This document shows, one piece after another, positions 14,223-29,000 of a stretch of DNA of 64,000 bases. The notes beneath the pieces are model-generated. The model searched no databases. It had not been told where the DNA came from and saw only the letters and a program-made list of their open reading frames with translations. Where the stretch lies: the IMG/VR virus record IMGVR_UViG_3300028805_000039, positions 63,852-127,851 of that record, one strand, 5' to 3'. Origin of the DNA: a virus (taxonomy: Duplodnaviria > Heunggongvirae > Uroviricota > Caudoviricetes). Within the stretch, counting starts at the first letter, position 1. Each line of letters opens with the position of its first letter. A program made the position numbers and the translations under genes.

Positions 14223-17200
14223 ACTACGCCGTATCCCCTTTCTATAGTATCAATATAAGTAATCGTTAACATATATAAATATTCAGCAAACTTCTAATAA
14301 ATTTCTTTTGTTAATCTTTCTTTATCAACTTTAATTGTTGTTAATTTATTTAATAAATTCTATATTTCAGTTAATCGTGTCTCATATTCATATTTTAATT
14401 CTCGCAAATCTTCTTCTGCCGCTGCATCTCCACGTATCTGTGTTAATAATTTATGATATAAATCTAAATTCTCAAAATATGCTGTCTCAATATTATCTAA
14501 ATATGGGTTTGATCCAAAGCCTATCCCATAATACAGATATGTCCAGCGCATACCAAGCATATCATGGAATATACGACGTAAACCACCATTTCCCTAATAA
14601 TATAAAGATGTTTTTTGACGTTCAAAATCATGTTCATTTTTAACATCAGCAGGAACATAACCCTAATTAGGATCTCTTAAATAGTAATTTTTATTTGAAT
14701 CATAAACTTCTAAAGTATTATCAGCATTGACATGGAAATATTCATGATAATTTATAAAATCAATACATAATTCTGGATAATTTGTAAAATAAAGATCTAA
14801 AGTCTACAAATCTTTTTTCCAATTTTCTTTATCTAAATATATATAAGGCACATAAGTTTTTTTGTCATCTGCTTTAATGAAATAACAACCTTCTTTATAT
14901 GCTACATCTGTAGATGTCACTTTTTCAATCAATGGGAAATTTTTATAAAATTTATCTTCAAAATCTCTTGCTTTTTGAATAATTGCAGAAAAATCAACAT
15001 GAGAATAACGGGCGTCACCATAAAATTTCTTATATTTTTCTAAAGAATAAGCAATTCCAAAATTATAAATTGGTGTTTCATTATTATTAATATGTAAAAT
15101 TTCTTCACGAGAAATAATATTCTAATTAATACCAACTCCAAAAGGTGCACGATTAAATAATAATTTTAAATAATGGTCACATTTTTGACGATAAATACTA
15201 CAATTCTAATTAGTTTTATTAATTAAATTAGATAAATCTCTTCCAATAGCTCTACTTGCCTATTTTGCTAAAAAATAATCTTTTAAAATTAAATTAGTAC
15301 TAGTTAATGTATCAATTTCTTGTTTCCATTTAATAATAGCCTTAGTATAATAATCTTTTTTTTGACGAGCATTAGTAATAATATTTTTTAATTGTTTCAT
15401 TTTACCGTCATTTTCTTTAATACCTTCTAAACGATAACCAGCTAATGTAAATTCACTTTGACTAACTACTTTTTCCCAATGAGCTTCCTAGTCCTAGAAA
15501 TCTGCCAATTTCGTTTCTAAGTTAACTAAATAAGTAATTAAATTTTTTAGATTTTCTTTATCATCAGGATCATCAACTTCAATATTAGCATTTAAATATA
15601 CAGATTTATTAGCATGAAAATAAGCTGCTATTAAATTAAACATTGTCATGTTAGCTTCTAAAATACCATAAAAACTGCCATATTCTTCAGCAAAAGGATT
15701 TGTTCTCTAATCATTTGGGATATCATGAGTAATTTTCCCTAAAAAGTTCTTTAAATAATTATATTTTTTAAGAGGGGTTATCAATAATTTATCATTTTCA
15801 TTAATTTTTAATCCTAAATTGGTATAATAATCTAAATTAGTAATTTTAGAAATATTTAATTGTTTTACATCCCAGTCATATAAGAAACTATAAAAATATC
15901 CTGAACAAGTTATTGGAGCACTATCAGTTAACCAAACTAACTTTTTACCTATCGAAGCATAATATTTTACTGTAGCATCAAATTCGTTATCATCCATATC
16001 TTTATAATCAAAAGCTAATACCAAATGATTAATAGAACTGCCTTTTATATAAATTTTAGTATCTCTCTAAAAAGGATTTTTATAATAAACTCCATTACTA
16101 GAAATATTAACATCTATAAAACTTCTTTGATTTTCTTCAATTGGAGCTCTTAATAACTAATAACCAGAAGGAATAATTCTGGCACCTTCTGCATAACCTG
16201 TAGTAATTATCTATGAATTTGGACCAATAGTGCGAATAGTTGGATAATAATATGGCTCGAATAGACTATTACTAGACTATTCTAAAATAACCAATTTATC
16301 ATCTAATCCATCATCTGATAAAAGCATTCCTAATGTACAACTTCTAATTGAATCAGAATTTCTTTGTCCTGGTCCATAAAAAATATTAGCCATATGAGCC
16401 TCAAGCTATTTACATCCATTCTAACGTGTTTCTACTTCCTCTGATTCTAATAAAGTTAAATAATTCGCAGCATCTGGATCTGTTTCTTCATCTAAAATAT
16501 ATAAAATATTTTTATAAACAGATAAGAAATAATGTGATAAATCAAACTAAAATTTATCTGTGCCTGGAGAATACGCTGGGTTGGTTGTTTCTGGATCGTC
16601 ATAACCATGCTATAAATCTTCTTCAATAGAATTGTATTTATGTAAAAAATCAAATGCTTCTAATTCATAAATATCTATATATTCTTTTATAAAATTACCA
16701 TACTCTTCTCCGGTATGAACAGTATTATCTAAATGTCCTAATTGTTGAATTAAAGCATTCTAATTCTAATAAATCCAGTTAACATAAGATGCCAAAGTCC
16801 TGAAATTATCTAATATAGAATCATTATAAACTAAAATATCATAAAAGAAATGTCTAGACTCTAAAACATCATTCAATTCATCAGCCAATAATAATTGATT
16901 TAAAACAGTACTATACTAATCTCTTACAGCATTTTCTTTATTATGCAATTCATTAATAACATTATCTAAATTATCAATTTCATCTTGAATAAGCTATTTA
17001 TTTTTAAGATAAATATTTTTGGTTTTATCTAATTTTTCAATACGTTCAGCATATAAAGTATCTTTATGCTTAATCTATTGTACAAGCTATTTAGATTCAT
17101 TTTCTACGTCAGCTGGATAATATTCATTTAAAAATTCTTTAATAGAAGTAGCCTAAGACTAATTAATTTTATCAGTGAATAAATTTAAAATAGCAAAAGC

Positions 17201-20200
17201 TTTATCATTCGCTTCTATTTCTTTTGTAAAGAAAACTAAATTCTTTAAGTCAAAAGGATTAGATACTAACCAATCATTAATTGCTCTTTCTGATACTGTA
17301 ACATATTCATCTCTAATTTGACTAATTTTATTATTAAAGGTCTATTCTACACCTCGATATGGATAATTATAATTTTCATATCTAAAATTATAATTACGTC
17401 CCTCATTACCAGGATGTTTTTTAATATCTTCTAAAATTGATATAGCATTAGTCCAAATTTTTTGTTCTGCTTCGATTTCAGCACCATACAAAGAATAGGC
17501 TTTATCATAAGCTGAAATAGCACTAAATTGCATACTTAAATATTTCTTTAAAGATCCGTTTGCATTATTCTTAATTTCATTATATAACTGCTCTAAAGTC
17601 TTTTTTGGAGTAAATAATTCACAAATCTACTCATATATTTTTTCATCTGTATTATCGACATAAGTATATTTAATTTCATTTTGAAGATCTAAACTAACCT
17701 GCTATCTTATAATATCTGTAGTAACAATTCTATCTTCTTGTAATATTTCCATTAAAGAAGCTAACTAATTAGCGTTTAAAATATTATTGCTATTAATTTC
17801 ATGTCCAACATCTTTTAAATATAAAGCTTTTATTCTATTTAATTTAGATGTAGCATGATTATTATAAGCAGTTAATAAATCAATAAGTGCATCAGCATTC
17901 TTATATAAATAAGTAGCTGTCGCATTTTGAATAGTAGTTAATAAATTCCCAGCTCTATCAACATTTAAAGATAACAATCTATTGACTAAATCAGCTTTCT
18001 GTCTGCTAATACGTAATAATTCATCAGCATATTTTTTATTTAATTTATTTAATAAATAATCATAATAAATAATAGTATGTTCAGGAGGTGGATTAGAATC
18101 ATCATAATCAGCAATATCAAAACCTCCAATTAATTCACCCTACTAAGCTTGAAGTTCAGCAATTTGCTATTCATAGTTATTAATAGTAGCTTCATGACGC
18201 AATTTTTGTTCTTTATAATAGTCAACATCAATCTAATAACTATCATGAATATAATCATAAAACTTATCTCTATTCTAAACAATAGTTACTGGTAATTCAT
18301 TTAAAAATAAACCACCAACTGTTTCAGCAGAAAAAATATCTTGCTATGTAGCTCTTGAAGATGATAAGTTAGAAATTCTTTTTTCAATTTCATTTCTATA
18401 ATTTAAAATAGTTTCGTTTCCTGATGTCTAATTCATATAACTATTGAAATCTTTTTCAATTTTTTGTGCAGCTGTTTGCTATTCTAATAATGTTTTATAA
18501 TGACCATCTTTAATTAATGTTGTTTTAGCTGAGTTTAATTTTGCTTTTATTTCAGAAACATTAGAAACTTTTCCATTTGAATCAAATTTTATTTCGATAT
18601 CTAAATAACCCAATTGTTTAGTAATCATATATTTATTCTATACTTTAATTAAGGTATAATCATTAAGACAATTAATTGGTGGATCAATATCTATATCAGT
18701 ATATAATGTATATAACTATAAAAAATAAGCAATTTCTTGAGCTATTTTTTCTCTATGATCCCATAATTTAACTTTCTATTCAACAATCTATTCATTAACT
18801 GCCTCTTGAACTCCCTTATATATTTCAGCATGAGAAGTAGATTCTAACTAATAGTTAATAATTTTTAATTTATCTTTAAGAATATCTCGTTCAGATTCTA
18901 ACTTATCAGATTCGCCTAGAGCATCTAATACACTATCCAACTATTTGCCATAAGTTCCAGCAACAGTTAAATAATCATTTTTTGCTTGTCTAACTTCATA
19001 ATTAGTTTCTTCTAAATCATAATCTACAGTACGTTTCTAATAAGTAATATTTGCTACAACTCCATTACCCAATCGGATTAAATCAATATCATCTAAATTA
19101 TACATTAATAATTCATTTATATCATTTAAATAAATATTATTATCACCAATAATTTCTGGATCAGAAATTTCTTCTCCTTCTTCAGTTTCAGGATTATAAT
19201 AATATGATTTGAATGTCTATAATTCATTAATAGCAAAACTAGGATCATATTCAGTATTTCCGCTCCACCAAGAATTAGTATAATTGTCGTAATATTTATA
19301 TCCTGGTGTATTAGAAGGTTCCCAATCCTATATATCTGGGTTCCAAATAAATACCTAAAAAATGGTCAATGAATTCTTCTATCCAGTAACAGCACCAAGA
19401 GTAACAATATCGTATACACTAACATTTCCACTATCCTAAAAATTATCTTTTTCATCAATCTCAATAACATCTTCATAAGATGTTTCATCTTTTTTCTATA
19501 CATATCTCATAGTCTAAGTGCCATTTTCTAAATAATCTAAAATTTTCTGATTATTTACATATCCCTAATAAAAAGGAGTTATCCCGAACATTGTATTAGG
19601 TCCGATTGGTTCAGTTTTATAAGCAAAAATAGGAATAATATCTCTTTTTTTGACATGTAAAATTTCTATTTTAGTAGCTTTATATTTTTCAACAACTACT
19701 TTATCATCCTATAATGATTCAATATTATAATTAATATGATTATTTGATAATAAATCATCATAAACATGTTTTACGCCATCGGCTTTTCTCCAACGATTTT
19801 TTACAACTCCATCAGCATTTGGGATACCATAACAATTTAATCGTAAATCAAAAGGTTCTAATAAATTATTTTTTGGTCCAACATATTGCTCACCAGCTTC
19901 TGTTGATAAATTAATACTAGCAATAGCATCAAAACGAGTTAATGTTAAAGTCTAATAAGAATAAATTAATTCTCTCTCAAAATCATTATATGTATTTACA
20001 TATGGATTAACTTTTATCCAAACTTTACTGATATGTCTTCCATCGTCATTAACTTCTAAACTACCAGTAACTCCAATAGTATAATAAATTGTGCCAGTAT
20101 CCTAATCGCCAAGAGAAGATTCATCATATAATATTTTTACTTCATCCCCCGGAGCAAAATGCTAAATCATAACACTATTTATGCTAATTCCTTGTGGAGT

Positions 20201-22348
20201 CATTAATACAAATCCTTGATCATCAATAATATCTGCATAATCAGGATTTTTAGCTAGCTAAATCATTTCTTGTACATTAACAATATTCCACTATTCTTCA
20301 TAACTACTAACACTTTTTGGTGTAACTAAACCATATTTAATTAAATTTTCAAAAGAAATTTCATCAATTTCATCAATCGTAGCCGATACATTATACAATA
20401 AACGACTAATACGTTCTTCCGGCGTCATAGACACGTTTAAAATACGAACTAAATAATTTCCTTCAGTTGAAGATCTAAATAATTTAACTTTTCCATCATT
20501 CAACCAATCTAAAACTTTTAGTCTAAAATAGCGTTCTCCAGAAAAATTCTCACTTGTTAAATTTGTATCTGTTCTTACATAAGCAAATGAATCACTATCT
20601 TCTTCTGGGACATCTCGTGTTACATGGCCATCTGTATACAAATTTAATAACCTATATCTAAATTTTTGCTAAGGTTTGCGAACCATAACGTATCTGACTT
20701 CAGTATATAATAATTGTTTAGTATAAGGGTCATAAACATCATTTTCTTCTTTTACAAAATATACATTTTGTTCAACTGAATTTTCAATTTCTTTTGTTGA
20801 ATAATAAATATCTTTTGATGAAATTCCTCTATATTTTGTCTATTCTAAAATGCCACTTTCTTTTAATTCATCCTAAGACAAAAACAACTATGCTGTATCA
20901 CTTTGATAAGAAATTAAACCAGAAATACCAAATTCTTTATAAGATACAGAACCATTTCTAAAAATAAAAGGATATTTACTTCCAATTGTTTCAATCTTTT
21001 TTTCTGGAATAGCTGTTTTAAAAGATTTAATTTTTGAATTATAACTAATTTTTAACTAACGAGTGCCATCACTTATAAATATATGTTCAAAATCTGCAAC
21101 TACAGTATCTTCTATTTCTTCGGTATCCCCATTGGCATTAACAATAGGATGGCTCTAAAAAGTCATAGCTGAATATACTTCATGAATATTATATTGCTAA
21201 AGGGCATATTTATATTCAATACCTTGCTAAACAGTTTGATCTTTATGATGAATAGTAGAAGGTTTTTGGCTCTATATAGCAAAACGAGATACTTCAACCC
21301 ATTCTGTAAAATTACTTTCAGCCGAACTTCTTTTAATTACAAAATTTCCAGTATAAGCAGCTTCGCCATAAACTGCTGATTCAGAACGTATATATAAAGC
21401 ACGTTCTCCCATTAAATATTCCCATTCTTCTAAATTCCCATCAAATTCTATAAAATTTAAATCCTATTTTCTAAAATAAATTACTTCATCATCATAATCT
21501 TTAGTAGGATCAGCAAGCTAATAGTAACGCTGCCTTAATTCCTCATTTTCTTCAAATTCTCCCTCTAGACTTACATCAATATAACCATTTTCATAGTTAT
21601 TTTTTGCTCGTAATTTTATTTTATATTCTGTAGGGACAGAAGCTATCTTCATAATTTTATATCTTGGACTTGATACAGTAAATCCATTTAAAGTAGTAAC
21701 TATATATTCTAAATAATAAGTATCTCCTGAATTAAATTCACTATAAATACGCCAAAAATCCTATGAAGTATCACTATTTGTATCCTAAGTAGCATCATGG
21801 ATATTTTCATTAGAAGTTAATTTTAAAACTCCATCCATATCATATATATTAAATATATATGAATATGCTTTCTCAGTACTGTCACCATAAGTAGTATCTT
21901 GTGAATAAACACCATAAAAAGAATCATTAAACATATTAATATTACCTGATGTATATCCATTAATAGATGCAGTTGGCGCGGCAATACATTTTATAATTCC
22001 AACAGTAGAATAATATCCAACATTATCATTATGATCGACAAAAGCAATCTAAACACGATAATATTGACTTTCATTAAATAATTTCTTTTTTTTATCAAAT
22101 AAAAAAATAGCATTACCTGTTTCTAAGTCATGCTATGTATCTATATAATCAGATACTAAAAAAGTATTTGTAGATGTAGTTCTAATCCTTATTGCGATAC
22201 CTTTAATAGAGTTAACACTAACAGCACGATTTAACCCAAAAGGAATTTTTAAAGTTGTTCCTAAAAAGTTATTATTATTATTAATATCATAAGTATTAAC
22301 AAATGCTGGTAAACTCCCCTCTAATTGAGGCGGATAAAGTTTAGCCAT
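14219..22348 (-). CDS. Giant tail/baseplate protein, 2709 aa (TAG=Gln)
   Basis: ATG 22348 after GGAGGATG (MAKLYPPQLEGSLPAF). Fragments at 22133, 20291, 17765, 17342, 15707 and 14360 share one frame; TGA at 14219. Interior spot-checked only. Confidence 0.7.
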
Positions 22349-22393
22349 ACTTATACATCCTCCTTTAACTCTTAATATATATTAATTACTATT

Positions 22394-22972
22394 TTATATT
22401 TTAAGTTTATCTTTAATAGACACTATATCTGCTTTTATTGATTCAAGTTCTCGATCAATAGTATCTATTTTTTCATTAATAATACTTATATCACTTTCAA
22501 TAACTTCAATTGCTTCTTCAAAGCTATTCTTTAAAGTTTCAACATAGTTATGTTCATCATTTATTAATTTTTTATAATCTTTTTGTATATAATCATGTTC
22601 ATAGGTGTTAGAACGTTTAATTGTATTAAAATCATCTTTTAATAGTTCTACCTATTTTATTTTAGTCTCTTGGACTACTGTATTTTGATTATCAGGGATA
22701 TATCTATCCATAATAACTTTTTGTTTAGTATAGTCATTATCAGGAATTCTAATATACACTTTATCTCCAATTCCATATGTAATAATATCCGAATATGCTG
22801 TAAATCTAATATTATTATCAGTAGTTACCTAATAACGACCATAATTAGCTCGACTATTATCAGTAATTGTACCAATAATTGTTTTATCAAACTATACATT
22901 TTCCAATCTTTTTGTTGTAATAGCATCAATAGCTTCAAATAACTGCTAAACAATTTCATTTCTATCTGCCAT
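22394..22972 (-). CDS. Tail-module protein immediately after the tape measure gene, 192 aa (TAG=Gln), C-terminal coiled coil
   Basis: ATG 22972 after AAAGGAG; MADRNEIV*QLFEAIDAI...FDKTIIGTITD; TAA at 22394. Confidence 0.75.
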
Positions 22973-23055
22973 TTTACTATTCTCCTTTATCTCAAAAATC
23001 TTCTATATAGATTTAAAAACAAAATAAATAAAATTACTAATAATTGTCCAAATAA

Positions 23056-23093
23056 AAAAAAGTACAAGTTTTTATAAAAAACTTGTACTTTTT
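23056..23093 (-). terminator. Intrinsic terminator after the tape measure gene
   Basis: 17-bp inverted repeat AAAAAGTACAAGTTTTT/AAAAACTTGTACTTTTT followed by a T-run on the minus strand. Confidence 0.6.
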
Positions 23094-23095
23094 AA

Positions 23096-26000
23096 TTATA
23101 TCTTTCTATTTGCATATTGAATAGCTCGATTTACTAAATTATCAAAAGCTTCTTCAATTTCATTATGGTCTGTAGCATCTGGAAATACTGCTTCAATATG
23201 AACTTCTTGCTATAGTGTCTATTCAAAACCACCAATAGATGGTGAGAATAAATTTCCTAATCCCTATGCCATAGACATTGCTGATATATCAATTTGACGT
23301 AAAATAGTAGCAGCTTCTAATAAATTATTAGTATCATTTTCATTAAATATCTATTCATGTTCATGAAGCACTGCTATCTTTCCATCTGGTCCCCAACTAC
23401 CAGTATAACCACCAGTATCTAATGAGGTGGCTTCTCGTAATTCAGCATCAAATTTATCAGAAATCGCCTTAAACTATTCTTTATTTATTTTACCACCAGA
23501 ATAATTTCTAGAAGCAGTTAAGTAATCATCTAAAGAATCGTGCAAATGATTATATGAACGTAATGTTCCTAAAGTTGCAATTAAATCATTTAATGAGGCG
23601 ATCATTTTTTCATTTTGCTAAGTCATTTCTATAATTCCATTAGCATATTCTTTTTCCCAACTTACTGCTTGGGCAAGAGCATCACTAAATTTTTCATTTA
23701 ATAAATTTGATAAAGCAAAAACTTGATTTTTTGTTTCTTCAGATGCGTCACCTATATTGGTTGTTACTGATGATACCTAATTAGCAAACTACGAAATACT
23801 AGCCCCAGTAAGCTCTAAAATACTATCTAACATTTTTTTACGATCATCTAATGCATCAGACATATCATATAAAAATGAATCACTAGCTGTTATCCAATTA
23901 TCCATATAATCTTGGATACTATCCATACCGGTTAAACTTGCTAATTTTGTTTTTTCCCATAAATCTATTAAATCAGCTCCAGTAGCCTAATAAACACCAA
24001 GCATTCTATCCATAGTATCAGCTTGATTATTAAATGCGTTTAAACTCTAATCATTAAAATAATTCTATTGATTAGCTAACCATTCATTTAACTCTTCAAT
24101 TCGTGCTCTTCGTTCCTAATCATCTAAAGTGGTATCTTTCATAATTTCAGCAAGAGTTTCTCTATAAGTTGTCTACACTTCTAAAGCTTTTTCCTATAAT
24201 TCTTGAATATAATTATCATTTAACTCTTGATAAGCATGGAGTTTATCTTCGTATTGCTATTCAGCTTGAGCAATTTCTTCTTGATTTGCTGTATAAATAT
24301 ATCCCCAATTACCTTCTGCATCACGAGATAAACGAACAGTATGTTTAGCATCTTGTGCAATCTATAAATCATTATAAGCCTGTTGCATTTCTAATTTAGC
24401 TCTTAATGCATCTAAATCATATTGACTTAATTGCACGCCTTCTACTTGATATTCATTTATCTAACGCTAAATTTCAAGTAATTCTTTTCTATTTGTTACA
24501 CCACGAGTATCACTTAATGTTTTATTTAAGTCTCTCTGTAATTTATTCAATTCATATAATTTATCATAATCTTGCAAATACAAATCTTCACTTTCAGATT
24601 GTCTACCAAAAGCTTCTTTTAAATAATCTAAACTACCAAAAGCACCGGACATAGCTTCATCAAATTTATCAGTAATATCCTCAATCATCTATTCAAAAAT
24701 AGCCTAAGCCTATTCCATAGTTTCTTGCCAAGAACTAAGATATTCTTCTTCAGAATCTTTTATCTCAGAATCTAATGTTTCTAATAATTCTTTATACTCT
24801 CTGGCCGCATCTTCTCCGCCTTCCGCTAAGGCGGTATCATATAGAGCTTGAGCTTCTGATCTTTGCATTACTAAATCTTCATAACGTTTTTTAGCAGCTT
24901 CAATAGTATTCTTAGAATTTTCTAACATAGCATTATTTAAGTCAGAAATTAACTTTTTCTATTCTTTATTAACTGAATGTCCCATTAAATCAGTTATATC
25001 TTTATACACTTGTAAAGTATTTTTATAATGAGAGAATAAATCATATTGAGTTTGGATTTTATCATTAAATTCATCAAAAACATTTAAAATTTTATCAGCT
25101 ATATTGCCGCGCATTTCTAATAACGCTTGATTTGCTTCCAATATACTATCTCGCCAATCTCTAATCTATTCAACTTGATCTCCTGTAAAATCACCATTTT
25201 CAATTAAAGCTTTAACTCTTTCATCATCTAAATTAGATAAATCAGCCATAGTCATACCTTTTGACTTTAATAAATCTATTAATCCTGTTTCATAAATCTT
25301 TATTTTATCTAAAGTATTAGTTGTCTATTTCCCAAAAATAGAAATAGCTTCAGCTGCTTTATAAGCATCATCAGAATATTTTTCTAAGAAATATTCTAAT
25401 AATTTAGCTTCATCATCTGCTATACTAATCTTTAATTCAATTTTAGTAGTAATTAATTCAAAGAAAGCATCGTTTAATTCATCAATACCTGTTGCAGTTG
25501 AATAAATTTGATCTTCTAATTTACCTAAAGTCTCTTCATACTAAGAAATTGCTTTTTTAGCATCTTCTAAAGCGGTTTTTTGCTCATTAATAGAATCTGG
25601 AATTTCATCACCTGTAGCATTATAGCTATTTTCTTCATCAATAAGAGCGTTTTCCATATCCAATAGAGCATCTTGAATTTCTTGATAATTAGAGATAACA
25701 CCATCTTTATCAATCTCAACTTTAATTCCAAGACTACCCAACTATGACATCATATCTGATTTATCTTGAGAAAGAAATTCCTAAATTTCTTTCATATAAT
25801 CAGATTGAAGCTCTAAAGATTCTTTCCTTAAAGATATTTCTTTTTCTAATTGAGCAATTTTTTCAGCTCCAAATGCTCTCTCTTTACGTCTAGCAGCTTC
25901 GTCCTAAGCTTTTTTAATATTATCAAGTCGTTTATTAACAGTATGATAACGCTCACTAGCATCAGCTTTGACATGAGATGTTAAAGAACGAGGTTTCTTT

Positions 26001-29000
26001 TCAGAGCCAGATGAACTACCTCCGCCGCCACTAGAGCCACTAGATTTACTGCCCCCAGTACCACTACTTGTATTACTTAACTTGTGGTGACTAATATTGC
26101 CACCCTAGGCCCCTGTAGCGGTAATTGTTTCTACTTTTAAAGCATGCCCTCCTGGCTTTGCATCAATCATTTTAGCAGGTTTAGTTTCCATATGACCTGG
26201 TTCTGCTATTTCCATATAACTGAAATCTCTTGTTCCACCTTCTGCACCATTTGATAGTTGCTCTGTTTTCATAATATAAGTAGCTGGAACAAAATATGAA
26301 AGTTCACTTGGCACCTCTTCTACGCCAGGATCTTCATCAGAAAAAGTAAGATTATATCCCATTTTACCAAAAGCTTCATTAGCTTGTTCGGCAGTCCATC
26401 CTGCTGCAGCAATAATTTCATTACATTTCTCTAATAATGGACCAGTATCAATTACATCGCCTGGGTTTAAATGTAAATTATATAATTCATCCTATAATGT
26501 ATCCATAGCAGAAAGAATATCATTAGTTAGAGCATCAAAATCCATCATAACATCTGGACCAATATCAAAAAATTCTCTGATACTGTCCTAATTAGCTTCT
26601 ACTTGTTGTCTTATTTCATCAAAAGAATTATAAATTGTATCATCAGTAGCTCTCTCAACCAATGTGTCATAAGCAGTTATATTTCCATCTAATGCTTCTT
26701 TCATTAACCAAGCATTTTCAGCACTTTCTAAAAATGATTTTGATAAATGAGCATCTTGACTTAAATTCAATAAATCACTATATGTATTTTCTAAGTCCTG
26801 TAACATCTATATAGTGATTTTTCCAGACTAGAATCCTTCTAACCAATTTTTCCAACTAGACTAGAAACGTTTTGCAGCTGCTTCGGCACGAAGAAGTTCT
26901 TCGGCTATTAAACGTATTATTTCAGGATTATTTAAAGCTTCTTTATCAAGATCATATAATTCTGCTCCATACTCTTTCAAAAAAGCTATTCTTTCTTTTA
27001 GAGCATCATTACTTATATCAGGATCTAATTCTTTAAGTTTTTCAGTATTGATGCCATCAACTGCTTCTTCAAAATTATGAATAGATTCTTCATAATCTTC
27101 AATTTCTTGCGTTAATTCAGGATATAAATTTTTTAAAGATTCAAATATTTGTAATAATCTTTCATAAACTTCAGGATTAGCATTTTTAAATGCTTCTATT
27201 CCTTCAATACCTTGGTATGAGCCACTATTCTAATTATATAAATCTTCAGCTATTTTTATTTCTGGAGATTTATTTTCCCCTTGAATTGCTTGAATAAAAC
27301 TTAACATACCTTCAATGCTTTCACCGGCTTGATTATATTTTTCTTGATAACCTTCTGCAGTGTCAGCAATTTCTTTTAATGCATTAAAACTTTCAATAGA
27401 ATCTTGTAAACCTTTATTAAATTCTTCTAATACAATCGTATTAAAGATTTCCTAAAATTCTTCAGCGTCTCCTTTAAAGCTATAATCCCCAGTCGCTGTT
27501 CTTGAAAAATAATGCCTTAATGTATCAAATTCAAATTCTGATTCATGAGCAGCTAAATACTCATTAATCTAATCTTCATACTGCTATAAATAGCCATAAT
27601 CATCTGAAGAAATCTCTTCCCCATATTCTAAATTAGAAATAACTTTTTTTGCATTTTTATATCTTTCAGCCGCTTCATCAAATGTAATTCCAGCAGCTTC
27701 TTTCATTAACTCAATAATCTTTTCTAATGGTACTTTAAAGTCATCAGCGGCAAAACCAGCAGCGATTAATTTATCAGATAATTTACTAACTGTTGTAGTC
27801 TGCCAATCGACGCCATCTAAAACATCACTTAGTTCGCCGGCCCTATCACCAGCTGTTTCAAACATTTCTTTTAAGCTTTTAAAACTTGTTAAGTCATTAC
27901 CCAAACCAATTGCTTCTATTAACTACTCACCAATTCTTTTATACTAATCAGGAGAAATAGTATCAAATTTGGTTAGATTCGTCATAAAATCTTCTAAGAA
28001 TTTTTGAGTATATTTAGGTAATTCTTGGAATATTTTACTAAAAGTATTTTCCCAATCTTGGGTAACTCCATCAAAAACTTCTTCAGCTTCTAATCTATTA
28101 GCATATCCTAAATTATGAGCCTGTCCAACAAATTTTTTACCAAAAGTTTTTAATTCTTGTCGATTAAAACCAGATAAATCTGGATTCTAATTTCTAACTA
28201 TCGCAATTATAGCATTTAGCTAATCTTCATTATTCTGAAACTATGCTGCTAATACATCTGCTGCTTCTACAAAAGACTATGCATTTAAAATAATTTGTCT
28301 GACTTTTTCAACATCAGCTTCTGGTCCACCAGCTTTAGCGATATCAACATCCATTAATGCCGCAGCTAAACCAGCATTATCACTTTTTAATTCCTAAGCC
28401 ATTTTAATAACAGCTGAATTTACCTAAGTACTATAAGCGTTTTCAGCAGTTGAAAATTCATCTAAAGCTGTAATAATTGGCTCTAAATCTTCCATTTTAG
28501 CAGATAATGACTCAAAAAAGTTAATTATTTCTTCATTATCAAGCCCACTTAAAAAATCTTTATCAAAACCTAGTCTATCTAATGTATTTCTATATAAAGA
28601 AACCTCAGCTTCGTCAGCTGCTTCTGCTGCTCCCAACTTGTCATAAGGATTTACATTTAATGCTTTATCAAAAGCTTCAGCACGAGCATCTTTGATCTCC
28701 TATCCCATCTTTGGAAAATAATATTTTAAGAAAGTGCTTAACTCTTTATTATTTTTAAGAGAATTAATAGCATCATTTATTTCTTCTTCGGTATATTTAC
28801 GGAGCCCAAGGAAACCACTCTAAACTACTCCCTCTATAGCACTATCTACAGCAAGTTCTTTTTCTAAATATGTATTTCTTGCTAGCTCTACTTGTTTTTG
28901 AACTTCATCAATTCTACTTGCTCGCTAAGCTTGTTCTAAATCAGCTTCTTCAAAAATTAAAGCTCCATTACTATTAATTTTTACTTTTGAAGCCAATTCA

